This document shows positions 18,568 to 29,382 of a stretch of DNA of 64,000 bases, piece by piece. The DNA comes from Minisyncoccia bacterium (GTDB lineage: Bacteria; Patescibacteriota; Minisyncoccia; Phycocordibacterales; UBA918): contig JBGSJJ010000005.1 in assembly GCA_041742075.1 (NCBI GenBank), positions 17,648 through 81,647 on the forward strand, given 5' to 3'. The notes under the pieces were generated by a model that made no database searches, was not told where the DNA came from, and was given only the letters and a program-made list of their open reading frames with translations. Positions within the stretch are counted from its first letter, which is position 1. Every line of letters starts with the position of its first letter. The position numbers were made by a program, and so were the translations under genes.

Positions 18568-19765
18568 TATCGGTAATACTCATGGTGAAAAAGAGTCCGG
18601 GAATCATCAAAAATCCAAGAATAATAAACATAAACGAAAACTCAAAGTAGTATACGCACGCGCCACCAAGGAGTGCGCCAGCGACGTTAGCGAGCGGTCT
18701 TAAAATTCTAAAAAAATTAATCACATCAGCGTCATTACCTTTCGTGTGTTTAAAGAAGTAGCTTTCGGTAGTGGTTTCGACTAAGGCTGCCCCGACGCGG
18801 GTAGTGAACATGAGTAACATCCAAGCAACGATAGTAGCTGAAGCAGTCATAAACGTGATCCAAGAAGAGCTCACTGCTAAAATAAGAAATCCAACTGCCA
18901 TTAGTTCTTTTTCACCGAAATATTTATCAGCTATATAGCCAACCGGATACTCAAAAATAACATAGGCTGAGAGTGCCACTGCCAGAATTAACCCAATCTG
19001 ATCCCAGCCATAACCAAGGGCAGTATTTAAATACAGTGGCGTGTAAATTATCATCCAGGCAAAAAAGAACTGAAGAAGAAAGTGACTACTGCAGACGGAC
19101 CAGATATCCCGGTTCTGTTGAATCTTTTGTAGGGTACGGCGGAATGTGATTTTCTCATACACTGGATCAACAAAGTTTCGGTACTTGAGTAAGATAAAGG
19201 CGATAAATAAAGTGAATACTCCAGCTGATGCAAAATAAACGCGCATCAAATTGCCTTCCGGGCCGGCTATTAAACCCATCGCCAGTGGAGCGAGCATTGA
19301 AGCAGAGCTCATGAGAGTAAGAGTGAGACCACGCCTACTACCAGTTGCGCTTTCGTCACTGCCGATAATTGTTTCAGAATAGATGTCGATACTTAGAAAA
19401 AGCAGGGGATTGATAGCGAGGAAAAGCAGAAATGCTCCAATCGTAATAAAGGGATTCAAAGCTGCTCCCATCGCCAAGAGGGCAATGATATCAAGCGAAG
19501 CAAGAATAATAGTCAGTTTGTTGTTACCAAACTTTTGTAACAGTGGAGTAAAAAAAATAAAGGTCCCAATCGACATGGCTGAACCGACTGTGTAAAGTAT
19601 CCCTACACCGGTAGGCGACAGGTACTGCTCCATGTAGGTGGAGTTTATAAAAGCCACGAGAAGGCTATGGAAGATGTAGATTATTGAGAGGGGATAGATA
19701 GTCCAAAAACCAATCCGCATAGAGGGCGCAGAAGGTAAAGAACTAACAACACTTGAGCTGGTCAT
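18560..19765 (-). CDS. MFS transporter (likely start 19765, MTSS)
   Basis: About 12 TM; GYIADKYFGEK motif A-like sequence. Confidence 0.82.
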   Translation of the reverse strand: MTSSSVVSSLPSAPSMRIGFWTIYPLSIIYIFHSLLVAFINSTYMEQYLSPTGVGILYTVGSAMSIGTFIFFTPLLQKFGNNKLTIILASLDIIALLAMGAALNPFITIGAFLLFLAINPLLFLSIDIYSETIIGSDESATGSRRGLTLTLMSSASMLAPLAMGLIAGPEGNLMRVYFASAGVFTLFIAFILLKYRNFVDPVYEKITFRRTLQKIQQNRDIWSVCSSHFLLQFFFAWMIIYTPLYLNTALGYGWDQIGLILAVALSAYVIFEYPVGYIADKYFGEKELMAVGFLILAVSSSWITFMTASATIVAWMLLMFTTRVGAALVETTTESYFFKHTKGNDADVINFFRILRPLANVAGALLGGACVYYFEFSFMFIILGFLMIPGLFFTMSITDTK

Positions 19766-19814
19766 ATTTTGTAAGTATACCAGGAGACTTAGCGGGAAAC
19801 TCTGACAGGGCTTG

Positions 19815-19853
19815 AACAAATAGCCGGCGAGCAAAGCTCGCCGGCTATTTGTT
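19815..19853. terminator. Intrinsic terminator hairpin downstream of rnj
   Basis: AACAAATAGCCGGCGAGC-AAA-GCTCGCCGGCTATTTGTT perfect stem. Confidence 0.75.
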
Positions 19854-19915
19854 TGGTTTAGTATCTCCGCAATTCCAAATCGTGTTTTTAATTCAGTAAT
19901 TTTGATCTGTCATTG

Positions 19916-20046
19916 TACGAAAGTCAGAAACAAGTTCGTATACTAGGCACCGAGTTGCGCGCACGCGAGACGTACTAGAGTGTACGATGAACGTGTGAGC
20001 GACGAAGGTAACAACGTAGACGGATTTGTTTATGACTTTTGCGTTA
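19916..20046 (-). repeat. ERIC-like palindromic element, copy 1, at the rnj stop codon
   Basis: Imperfect terminal inverted repeats AAAGTCAGAAACAAGTTCGT / ACGGATTTGTTTATGACTTT; core shared with 32394-32521. Confidence 0.6.
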
Positions 20047-22071
20047 TATTCCTATAAGTACGGGAATAACCATTGGTGACTTATTAGTCTTCTGCATCAG
20101 GAAGCCACTCACGACGTCAGTCAGGTCGTCTTTCACTAAATCGAGGTTGATTGGGTTCATTCGTTCAGTTTGTCGTTCAACTGTTTTCTTGATTAAGACC
20201 CGAGCTTCAGATAGAAGTTGCTGGTTTTCACGCAAGTAGACAAAGCCTCGAGAGATAATGTCTGGTGATTTACGTAGTTTACCGGTCTTGCTGTTTACAG
20301 TGGCAATAATCACAAACATACCGTCTTCAGCAAGCGATTGACGGTCACGGAGGACCACTTCTTGGCGCGCACCGACCGTAAAGCCGTCGACGTAGATAAG
20401 CTCGTTCGGGGCTTTGTTTTTGTGCACGATTAGTTCAGTACCATTTTTAATATCGACTACCGTACCGTTGTCAGGGACCACAATATTTTCTTTTGGAAAA
20501 CCATTGGCAACCGCGGCATACATATGACTCTTAAGGTGATAGTGGTGACCATGCACAGGCAGTAAGAATTTTGGCTTCACTGCTTGGTGCACATAGACGA
20601 GCTCGGCTGCATTTCCGTGTCCTGAAGAGTGAACGTGAGCAGAACGATAGTTAATTACTCGTACGTTTCTTCGGTAGAGGTTGTCTTTAAGAATCTGCAC
20701 CGCGATTTCGTTTCCGGGAATAACCGATGAAGAAAGTACAATCGTATCTCGTTCATTTAGTACGACCTGCTTGTGCTTATCTGTAGCCATACGCATAAGC
20801 GCGGCGTACTCTTCACCTTGAGCACCGGTAGAGAGGATAACAATCCGGTCAGCTGGATAGTCGCCAATGTCGCCGGCGTTGATAAACGTTTGAGGCTTCA
20901 CTTCAAGTAGCTTGGCGGTAATGGCAATGTCGATGTTAGTTTTGATACTACGACCTTCCATCACTACTTTTTTACCCATGGCCTCGCACACTTTAATAAT
21001 GGCAATCAATCGGTCAAACTGTGAGGCAAATGTACCAATGATAAGTCGTCCAGTCGCTTCACGTACAATCTCTTCGAGGCTATGAAACACTTGTCCTTCG
21101 GGCTGTGACCAGCCTTCGCGGTCGGCGTTGGTAGAGTCGCAGACAAGTAACAGGTTGTTATTTCTACCAACTTTTGCCCAGTCCTCAGCTTCTTCAGGAA
21201 TAACTTTTCCGTCTTCGTGCGTAAGTTTAATGTCACCAGTTATGACAACATCACCATGCTTAGTTTCAACTGAAACACCCATCGCGTCTGGAATTGAGTG
21301 AGTGACCGGGAAGGTCTTCAGTTTCATTTTCCCAACGGTAAAACTATCACCTTCTTTTATGACGTGCATGGTAACAGGGTCTAGGTGAGGAAATTCTTCC
21401 TGACGCTTCAAAACTAAAAGCGAAGTGAGGTATTGGGTGTAGATAGGTGGGTTGCCAATTCGTTCCATAACAAACGGAATACCGCCGATGTGGTCGAGGT
21501 GAGCGTGTGTAATAACGAGTGCGCGAATCTTGTGCTTACGTTCCTCGATGTATTGCGTGTTAGGGAGGATATAGTTTACGCCGGGAGCGTTACTTTCTGG
21601 AGACACAAACTGAAAACCAATATCAAAAATGATAAGGTCATCTTTTGTTTCAACGATAGTCATGTTGCGTCCGATTTGTTCAACACCTGACATCGGAATA
21701 ATTCGTACAGTGTCGTCGTCTAAGATGTCTGGAATAATGTGCATCTTGTCTTCGAGAGTATTCATTCGGTGACTCAAGGCCGGACTCGTCATACTACGAC
21801 GCTTGTTGTCGCGCCGTGGTCCACGATTGCCTCGCTTGCCACCACCACCAGAGCGACTAGACCCAGGTTGAGTACTACCGCCTGGTCTTGGACTGGTTGT
21901 TGGGCCTTGTCCTGGTCTTGGTGCCCGGTAAGGGGGACGTTGTCCGCCACCGCTTGTGCCGGTACCGGTTCGTGGGCCTCGGCTACGGTAATTGTTACTT
22001 CTTTTAAAAGCTGGTCGTGCTGGCGTGTCTCCCGTAGGTTGTGCTGGTCGATTCTGTGATTCTGGGTTCAT
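20044..22071 (-). CDS. rnj: Ribonuclease J with long disordered N-terminal extension
   Basis: THAHLDHIGG, THSIPD, CDSTNA, TGAQGE, HSSGH, PVHG and PDIISRGFVY motifs. Confidence 0.95.
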   Translation of the reverse strand: MNPESQNRPAQPTGDTPARPAFKRSNNYRSRGPRTGTGTSGGGQRPPYRAPRPGQGPTTSPRPGGSTQPGSSRSGGGGKRGNRGPRRDNKRRSMTSPALSHRMNTLEDKMHIIPDILDDDTVRIIPMSGVEQIGRNMTIVETKDDLIIFDIGFQFVSPESNAPGVNYILPNTQYIEERKHKIRALVITHAHLDHIGGIPFVMERIGNPPIYTQYLTSLLVLKRQEEFPHLDPVTMHVIKEGDSFTVGKMKLKTFPVTHSIPDAMGVSVETKHGDVVITGDIKLTHEDGKVIPEEAEDWAKVGRNNNLLLVCDSTNADREGWSQPEGQVFHSLEEIVREATGRLIIGTFASQFDRLIAIIKVCEAMGKKVVMEGRSIKTNIDIAITAKLLEVKPQTFINAGDIGDYPADRIVILSTGAQGEEYAALMRMATDKHKQVVLNERDTIVLSSSVIPGNEIAVQILKDNLYRRNVRVINYRSAHVHSSGHGNAAELVYVHQAVKPKFLLPVHGHHYHLKSHMYAAVANGFPKENIVVPDNGTVVDIKNGTELIVHKNKAPNELIYVDGFTVGARQEVVLRDRQSLAEDGMFVIIATVNSKTGKLRKSPDIISRGFVYLRENQQLLSEARVLIKKTVERQTERMNPINLDLVKDDLTDVVSGFLMQKTNKSPMVIPVLIGI

Positions 22072-22097
22072 AAATTTTTTATTACTAATTTTTAATG

Positions 22098-23852
22098 TTA
22101 ATTATTTAAACTATTTTGACTACTGAAGACAGGCCATACATTGTTCGATCGTACGTGCCAGGTATGGACATTGGCGAATCGTTCACTTGGTCGACTAATC
22201 TTAAGCAGTTGACTGATATTAACGTCGGTATCAACGACATACCCGAAGGTTGGTGTATACAGAAAAATGGCTGGATACTCTGACTTCATGATTCGCTCAA
22301 ATGAGCGGATTGCTTCGTTACGGAGAGTGGTATCAGTTTCATTACGAATTTTTTCAAGCAGTGCATCGGCGTCAATGTTGGTATATTGGGCGATGTTCAA
22401 ACCAGGATCGTTCTTTTGTGATGAATGCCAAAATGGAAACAAGTCAATGCTACGACCAATGTCAGCGCCATACAGTACTGCTTCAAAGTCGCGTGGTCGA
22501 ATAATGTTTTGAACTAAGTCTGTTTGTTCAAATTGTATCAACGTCACTTCAACACCAAGTTTTTTCCAGGCTTCCACAACGAACTCTGCTGTAGTGGTAA
22601 ATACGTCTGCGTTGGCTGTGGTAAGTGTTACTGCAAGAGTCACGTTTTCATCACCAACTTTTTTTGTCCAGTTTCCATTCTCGTTTTGCACCCAGCCACC
22701 AGCCAGCAAAATAGTACGGGCTTGTTCTGTTCCGTCAACGGGAGGAGTAGTGGACGCATCTGTATTCTCTAATTCTACTTCAATAAAGCCTGGCGGTACA
22801 GGTGAGGTGATGGGGATTCCGAAACCATCAAGCGCAGACTCCACTAAAGCCGTTCTGTCTATAGCCACTGAAAGGGCATGTCTAGCTGACTGGTCCCGTA
22901 GGGCTACAATCCGATTTTGGTTAATGTAGATGCCAAACGTGCGCGGGAGTGGTTCTTCAATAATCCGATAATCATCCTCAGCAAGAGCAGCTAAGTTTTT
23001 AGTACTTAAACTTGGTGTACCGCTGATTTGTCGCGCTTTAAGGGCGGTGAGGAGCTGGTCTTCGTTTTGGTAGAAGTTAAAAACGAGAGTAGTAATGTTT
23101 GGTTTAGCCCTAGCTGAGCTGTCAAAAGACGAAAGCTGATAGGCACTGATAAGTCCCGAAGGAGTACGTAGTACGTCTGAGACTTGGTACGGACCTGAAC
23201 CAATCGGTTCAGTGTTGTTTTGACTAAAGGGAATCTGCTCAATTGGGAGTTCGCTCCATAAATCTCTTGGTAATATACCGACGAGTAAGTTTTCTATAAA
23301 TGGGGTATACGCTTCTTCTAGTTTGATAGTGAGGTTATAGTTGTCCACTTCTTCAATCACGACACCGTCCCAATTTCCGCGAAGAGGACTTTTGAGGTCT
23401 GGGTTTTGGATTAAGCCAATGGTATAAGCTATGTCTTTGCTCGTAACCTCTGTCCCGTTGTGAAAGCGAATGCCTTGCTGAAGTTTTACGGCGTAGGTGC
23501 GCCCGTCCTCTGAACGAGTGATCGATTCGGCTATGTCAGGTACCAGGTTGCCTGACTCATCGAGCTTCATGAGGCCACTGAAAACTAGTTCAACCATGTC
23601 TTGGTCGGCCCGAGTGAGGGCGAGGACGGGGTTCACAAACCGTGGGGTACCAACGATACCTTCAACAATAGTTCCGCCAGAGCTTGGGACACTCGTAATG
23701 TACTGCGCATTTATAACGATGAGCAGATACAGACCAGAGCCAATCACACATACCAGAGCAATATTAAAAAGAAAGACATCAAAAGGAGAGCGTCGACTAA
23801 TAAAAGAAAAATAACGATCCAGAAATGATGAAGATGAAGGAGATAGTTTCAT
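22098..23852 (-). CDS. Peptide ABC transporter substrate-binding protein (family 5), membrane anchored; start uncertain
   Basis: GGTIVEGIVGTPRFVNP, PDIAE, FHNG and PIGSGPY motifs. Confidence 0.88.
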   Translation of the reverse strand: MKLSPSSSSFLDRYFSFISRRSPFDVFLFNIALVCVIGSGLYLLIVINAQYITSVPSSGGTIVEGIVGTPRFVNPVLALTRADQDMVELVFSGLMKLDESGNLVPDIAESITRSEDGRTYAVKLQQGIRFHNGTEVTSKDIAYTIGLIQNPDLKSPLRGNWDGVVIEEVDNYNLTIKLEEAYTPFIENLLVGILPRDLWSELPIEQIPFSQNNTEPIGSGPYQVSDVLRTPSGLISAYQLSSFDSSARAKPNITTLVFNFYQNEDQLLTALKARQISGTPSLSTKNLAALAEDDYRIIEEPLPRTFGIYINQNRIVALRDQSARHALSVAIDRTALVESALDGFGIPITSPVPPGFIEVELENTDASTTPPVDGTEQARTILLAGGWVQNENGNWTKKVGDENVTLAVTLTTANADVFTTTAEFVVEAWKKLGVEVTLIQFEQTDLVQNIIRPRDFEAVLYGADIGRSIDLFPFWHSSQKNDPGLNIAQYTNIDADALLEKIRNETDTTLRNEAIRSFERIMKSEYPAIFLYTPTFGYVVDTDVNISQLLKISRPSERFANVHTWHVRSNNVWPVFSSQNSLNN

Positions 23853-23956
23853 GCCAAAATAATAATGAGTGAAGTCCAAGTCTAGAGATAGAGTATACAG
23901 CAACCAAAAAACTGCCTAAGGGAAGCGTCTATAAAGAATAGTCGGCTACGTTTTGA

Positions 23957-24199
23957 CTAGAAAACTACAGAAATGAGTGTCGAGAGAACAAAGAGGGTTC
24001 CAACTATCACTGAGAAGCGAAATAGGAAAAGCTCACCACCGCGTCGTTTGTGGAAGGCACCACTAAAATTGTCGCCGCCAAATGCGCCACCAAGACTCGA
24101 TCCGCGCTGTTGAAGCATAATTGCCGCAACGAGAAGTACGGAGAGGGCTACTTGTGCGTATGGTAGTACCGGTAGCACTACACTCTGTATGAATTCCAT
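23957..24199 (-). CDS. secG: Preprotein translocase subunit SecG
   Basis: IMLQQRGSSLGGAFGG..KRRGGELFL; 2 TM. Confidence 0.9.
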   Translation of the reverse strand: MEFIQSVVLPVLPYAQVALSVLLVAAIMLQQRGSSLGGAFGGDNFSGAFHKRRGGELFLFRFSVIVGTLFVLSTLISVVF

Positions 24200-24278
24200 T
24201 ACCGAGAATAGTAGCAGACTAATCAGCCTTTGGCAAATTATAAAAAAAGGAACCCGAAGACGGATTCCAGTAGTTACA

Positions 24279-24713
24279 CTAGATATAATTGACGCTTTTA
24301 AGAAGCATGAACACTAGAAATAATAGTGCTAAAACAGTAATAAGCTTGATATCGCGCCGAAATTTTTTATTTAGGAACATATCCCGACGATTCTCAGGAG
24401 TCCAAGCTTCTACCCACACTTTTCGCGAATAAAGCCAGAAACGTTTTAACTCTGTCCAGGTTAGAGCGCTTCTTAAATACATCCCTAAGAACATGAGAGC
24501 GTAGCCACCGAGAAACTGGTACCCAAACGGCAGGCTGACCATTCGGGTGAAGAAGTTATAGCTACCGTCTTCGATCATCATTTCGAGTAGTTTTGGCTCG
24601 GTATAGAATCCAAGCAAAATTGCAATTACACCAAAATATATAGCTACCGTGATGCAAATCAATAATGCTCCAACAACGATGCAGACGATGCCAGAAATGT
24701 TTCTCAGGGTCAT
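24279..24713 (-). CDS. Orphan membrane protein (likely start 24713)
   Basis: 3 TM segments; AAAAGGT upstream of the ATG; the ORF-track start overlaps the groES promoter. Confidence 0.6.
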   Translation of the reverse strand: MTLRNISGIVCIVVGALLICITVAIYFGVIAILLGFYTEPKLLEMMIEDGSYNFFTRMVSLPFGYQFLGGYALMFLGMYLRSALTWTELKRFWLYSRKVWVEAWTPENRRDMFLNKKFRRDIKLITVLALLFLVFMLLKSVNYI

Positions 24714-24742
24714 GTGAGGACAACCTTTTCTGTGACGTTCTT

Positions 24743-24770
24743 TTGACACACTACCACACGCGGGTATAAT
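24743..24770 (+). promoter_or_regulatory. Sigma70-type promoter of groESL
   Basis: TTGACA-N16-TATAAT, perfect consensus hexamers. Confidence 0.8.
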
Positions 24771-24845
24771 ATGCACACCAAACGCACCGATACCCTCGAT
24801 GCGATTTTGGAGGTATTAGTAGCTCATTAATTTTTTGTAAAACGC

Positions 24846-26836
<1,991 letters not shown>

Positions 26837-26897
26837 GTGAGCAAACGAGCGTAGCGACTATTGCGAACTTATGTCCCGATTTTTTCTCCCCAGAGAA

Positions 26898-27162
26898 AAT
26901 CGCTGGACAAAGGGAAATAATCAAATGGGAAAAACCGCGTTTGCGTCCGACGGGAGCCCTGAATTATCCGTGCAAGGTGACTGTTGTTTTCTCCCCAGAG
27001 AAGCATAGAAAATCCATTAGGAATAGAATTTTCTATGTATGAAAATCATTGTCGCTACGCTCTGTGATTTACACAATCGCTGGACAAAGGGAAATAATCA
27101 AATGGGAGGAACCGCGTTTGCGTCCGACGGGAGCTCCGCACTATCCGTGCAAGGTGATTGTT
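26898..27162 (+). repeat. Two near-identical 88-bp structured units (26898-26985 and 27075-27162)
   Basis: 7 differences in 88 nt by eye; copy 1 is flanked by the 16-bp direct repeat TTTTCTCCCCAGAGAA. Confidence 0.85.
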
Positions 27163-27180
27163 TGTTCTCTTTCGCGAGAT

Positions 27181-27215
27181 ATGAAAAAGCCAGCCACACG
27201 AGCTGGCTTTTTCAT
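27181..27215. terminator. Intrinsic terminator after groEL and the repeat units
   Basis: ATGAAAAAGCCAGC-CACACGA-GCTGGCTTTTTCAT. Confidence 0.75.
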
Positions 27216-27308
27216 TTGTTCTACACTATCTGCGTAGAGTGATGCCTTACCTCGAACTATAAAACACAGACGACCCTACAGGATCGTCTGTGTTTGTATA
27301 AAAGCAAA

Positions 27309-27336
27309 CTGGCGCACGTTCTTAAACGTGCGCCAG
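27309..27336 (-). terminator. Terminator of the 27343-27924 gene
   Basis: CTGGCGCACGTT-loop-AACGTGCGCCAG followed by a T-rich tract on the minus strand. Confidence 0.7.
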
Positions 27337-27342
27337 ACAGAT

Positions 27343-27924
27343 TTATACTTTTGTACCAATAGTAATTTTTCTTCGGGAAGTTTCAGGTATCCAGGCCTGC
27401 AACTCTTCTACTGATGTCTGGTAAGCCAGAATGGCTTCACTCATCGTGATGAGTTTAAAACAAACTGCCAGCAATAGTGTTTTTCGGTGCGTCGTTTGCC
27501 ATCCTCTGGTACGAGGGCTAGGCAATTCGGCTCTCCATAGAGTGCTCCCGTCCGGCAGTTTTATGGACTGAGGCGAGCCATTTTTAAGTACCTGGTAGAT
27601 ATCTTCAGGTGGACGATGTTCACGTATGATGTAACCTCTACCCTTAACTACTTCGACACAACCATGAGGGATTTTTTTGAAAATCTTGAAAAAAAGTATG
27701 TCAAATTGTTTATCTCGTACTATAGTTTCGTTGGGAAAGAATCTCTCGCTAAGCATTTTTTTCGTGGTAACAATGTCTTTGCGTACGGCAATCCATTCCA
27801 GAATGTCGTATTCAAGGCCTGATAGGTTAACTTTCTTCCCAGCAACGTGTAGTTCACGGCTAGTTAAGCGAAACTCCAAGCTGTTTACAACGTACGTTTG
27901 TGTGGGCAAGACAGCGCTTGTCAT
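27343..27924 (-). CDS. Receiver-less CtrA-like OmpR winged-helix domain fused to a SciP/DUF1153-like domain, paralog 1
   Basis: VNLSGLEYDILEWIAVRK..TKKML..KQFDI..KIFKKI..VEVVKGRGYIIR, then SPQSIKLPDGSTLWRAELP..W..AV..LITMSEA..Y..SVEELQAW. Confidence 0.75.
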   Translation of the reverse strand: MTSAVLPTQTYVVNSLEFRLTSRELHVAGKKVNLSGLEYDILEWIAVRKDIVTTKKMLSERFFPNETIVRDKQFDILFFKIFKKIPHGCVEVVKGRGYIIREHRPPEDIYQVLKNGSPQSIKLPDGSTLWRAELPSPRTRGWQTTHRKTLLLAVCFKLITMSEAILAYQTSVEELQAWIPETSRRKITIGTKV

Positions 27925-27991
27925 CGTTCTTACTCCAGTTCTATCTACTAGAAAGCTAACACACTAATTAAAATTGTAAATAAATACAAAA

Positions 27992-28018
27992 CTGGCTGTC
28001 TCAAGGTGAGACAGCCAG
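27992..28018 (-). terminator. Terminator of the 28023-28655 gene
   Basis: CTGGCTGTCTCA-AGG-TGAGACAGCCAG with a T-tract on the minus strand. Confidence 0.72.
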
Positions 28019-28022
28019 CAAC

Positions 28023-28655
28023 TTAAATAGTTTCGAGCCAAGAACAGGGCAACTCTTCACGATAGCTTTGGTCCGTAAAGTAGGAAATATACCAATCCCA
28101 AATTTCCTCATTCGTTATGCCGTAGGCATCGCGGGCTTCTTTAAGTGAAATAAGTCTATACGCTAATGCTTGGATAATACGTACTTTGTGAATAGCGCAC
28201 CAAATTTTGAGAGTATGCTTTGGCAAATCTTTTCGATCAAGAATCTGGTAATTACTCATTACTATCGCCGTGGGGGCTGTGGTAAGTGAGATAGGTAGTA
28301 GCGGTTTACGCGTATTGGCTATGCCGTAACCGCGATTCTTAATGTACTGAATCGTATTGCGAGCGTGAACGTAGCCTAACAGTCGAGCGTTAATTCTTCG
28401 AACCGTCAAACCAAGCGAATTGCTATTTACTAACGTATTGCCGATTGGGCTTTCGGCAATACGTTTGGTGCTTGTAAAAGTACCGATTCTGACAGCGAGG
28501 TATTCAAGGAGGGCATACTCATGAGGATAGAGAACAAGGCAATTCCCGGCTACAACCAGCCGGCTAGTATCCAAATTGAACTGAAGGTCGTTGCATACGT
28601 AGTATTGCGAACCGTCATGGCTCGGGTATCCAGGGATATCCGACATCATATTCAT
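28023..28655 (-). CDS. OmpR-type winged-helix plus SciP/DUF1153-like fusion, paralog 2 (likely start 28655)
   Basis: FNLD..VVAG..LYPHEYALLEYLAVRIG..IQYIKNRGY, then LDRKDLP..W..K..IIQALAYRLISLKEARDAYGITNEEIWDW; GGAG 7 nt upstream of the ATG. Confidence 0.7.
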   Translation of the reverse strand: MNMMSDIPGYPSHDGSQYYVCNDLQFNLDTSRLVVAGNCLVLYPHEYALLEYLAVRIGTFTSTKRIAESPIGNTLVNSNSLGLTVRRINARLLGYVHARNTIQYIKNRGYGIANTRKPLLPISLTTAPTAIVMSNYQILDRKDLPKHTLKIWCAIHKVRIIQALAYRLISLKEARDAYGITNEEIWDWYISYFTDQSYREELPCSWLETI

Positions 28656-28792
28656 GTTCTGTCTCCACTTTGTGTCAAAACCTTTCCTTTCATGATTAAA
28701 GCACAAACAAAGTAAACTACAAAAAAGCTATCTTGACGAAAGTAAAAATATGGTACACTACTGACATTACTATAAAGTAACAGACATTTGTT

Positions 28793-29374
28793 ATGATGAC
28801 TTGGATTATTCTCGGAGTGATAGGAGTGCTCGTGTTTTGGGCAATTATTGCGTACAACAACTTTGTAAAACTAACGCAACGGACAAAAGAAGCGTGGGCA
28901 GACATTGATGTTCAGCTTAAGCGCCGTTATGACCTTATTCCAAACCTGATTGAGACAGTTAAAGGCTACGCTGCTCATGAACGAGGGGTTTTTGAAGAAG
29001 TGACCGAAGCGAGAGCAAAAGCGACGCAGGTTCACGTCGACCCAACTGGTATTACGGCGGAACAAATAACTGCGATGGCAGGAGCGGAAGGCGCACTTAG
29101 TGCGTCTCTTGGAAAGTTGCTCGCTGTGGCTGAAGCGTATCCAGACCTTAAGGCTAACCAAAACTTTGCCCAACTCCAGACTGAGCTTTCAGATACTGAA
29201 AACAAGATTCAAGCCGCTCGTCGCTTCTATAACGGCAATGTCCGTGACCTCAAGATTGCACTCCAGTCTTTTCCTTCAAACATTGTGGGTAGCGCCTTTG
29301 GCTTTAAAGAAGAAGAGTTCTTCGAGCTTGGGGAAGGTAGTGTGGAGCGAGAGAACGTTAAAGTAAGCTTCTAA
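28793..29374 (+). CDS. lemA: LemA family protein
   Basis: AWADIDVQLKRRYDLIPNL, EAYPDLKANQNF and ARRFYN motifs. Confidence 0.95.
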   Translation: MMTWIILGVIGVLVFWAIIAYNNFVKLTQRTKEAWADIDVQLKRRYDLIPNLIETVKGYAAHERGVFEEVTEARAKATQVHVDPTGITAEQITAMAGAEGALSASLGKLLAVAEAYPDLKANQNFAQLQTELSDTENKIQAARRFYNGNVRDLKIALQSFPSNIVGSAFGFKEEEFFELGEGSVERENVKVSF

Positions 29375-29382
29375 ACAAGTCT

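Noticed and set aside
24771-24845. CIRCE/HrcA operator before groES
   Set aside because: No TTAGCACTC-N9-GAGTGCTAA; only a weak unrelated hairpin
26898-27162. CRISPR array or a known tandem riboswitch (glycine, c-di-GMP, c-di-AMP)
   Set aside because: Only two 88-bp units, no cas genes, and the conserved aptamer cores are not matched; the location is 3' of a gene
27950-27985. CtrA box upstream of fusion paralog 1
   Set aside because: GCTAA-N8-TTAA has the wrong spacing and a mismatch, and the region is AT-rich, so a chance match is likely
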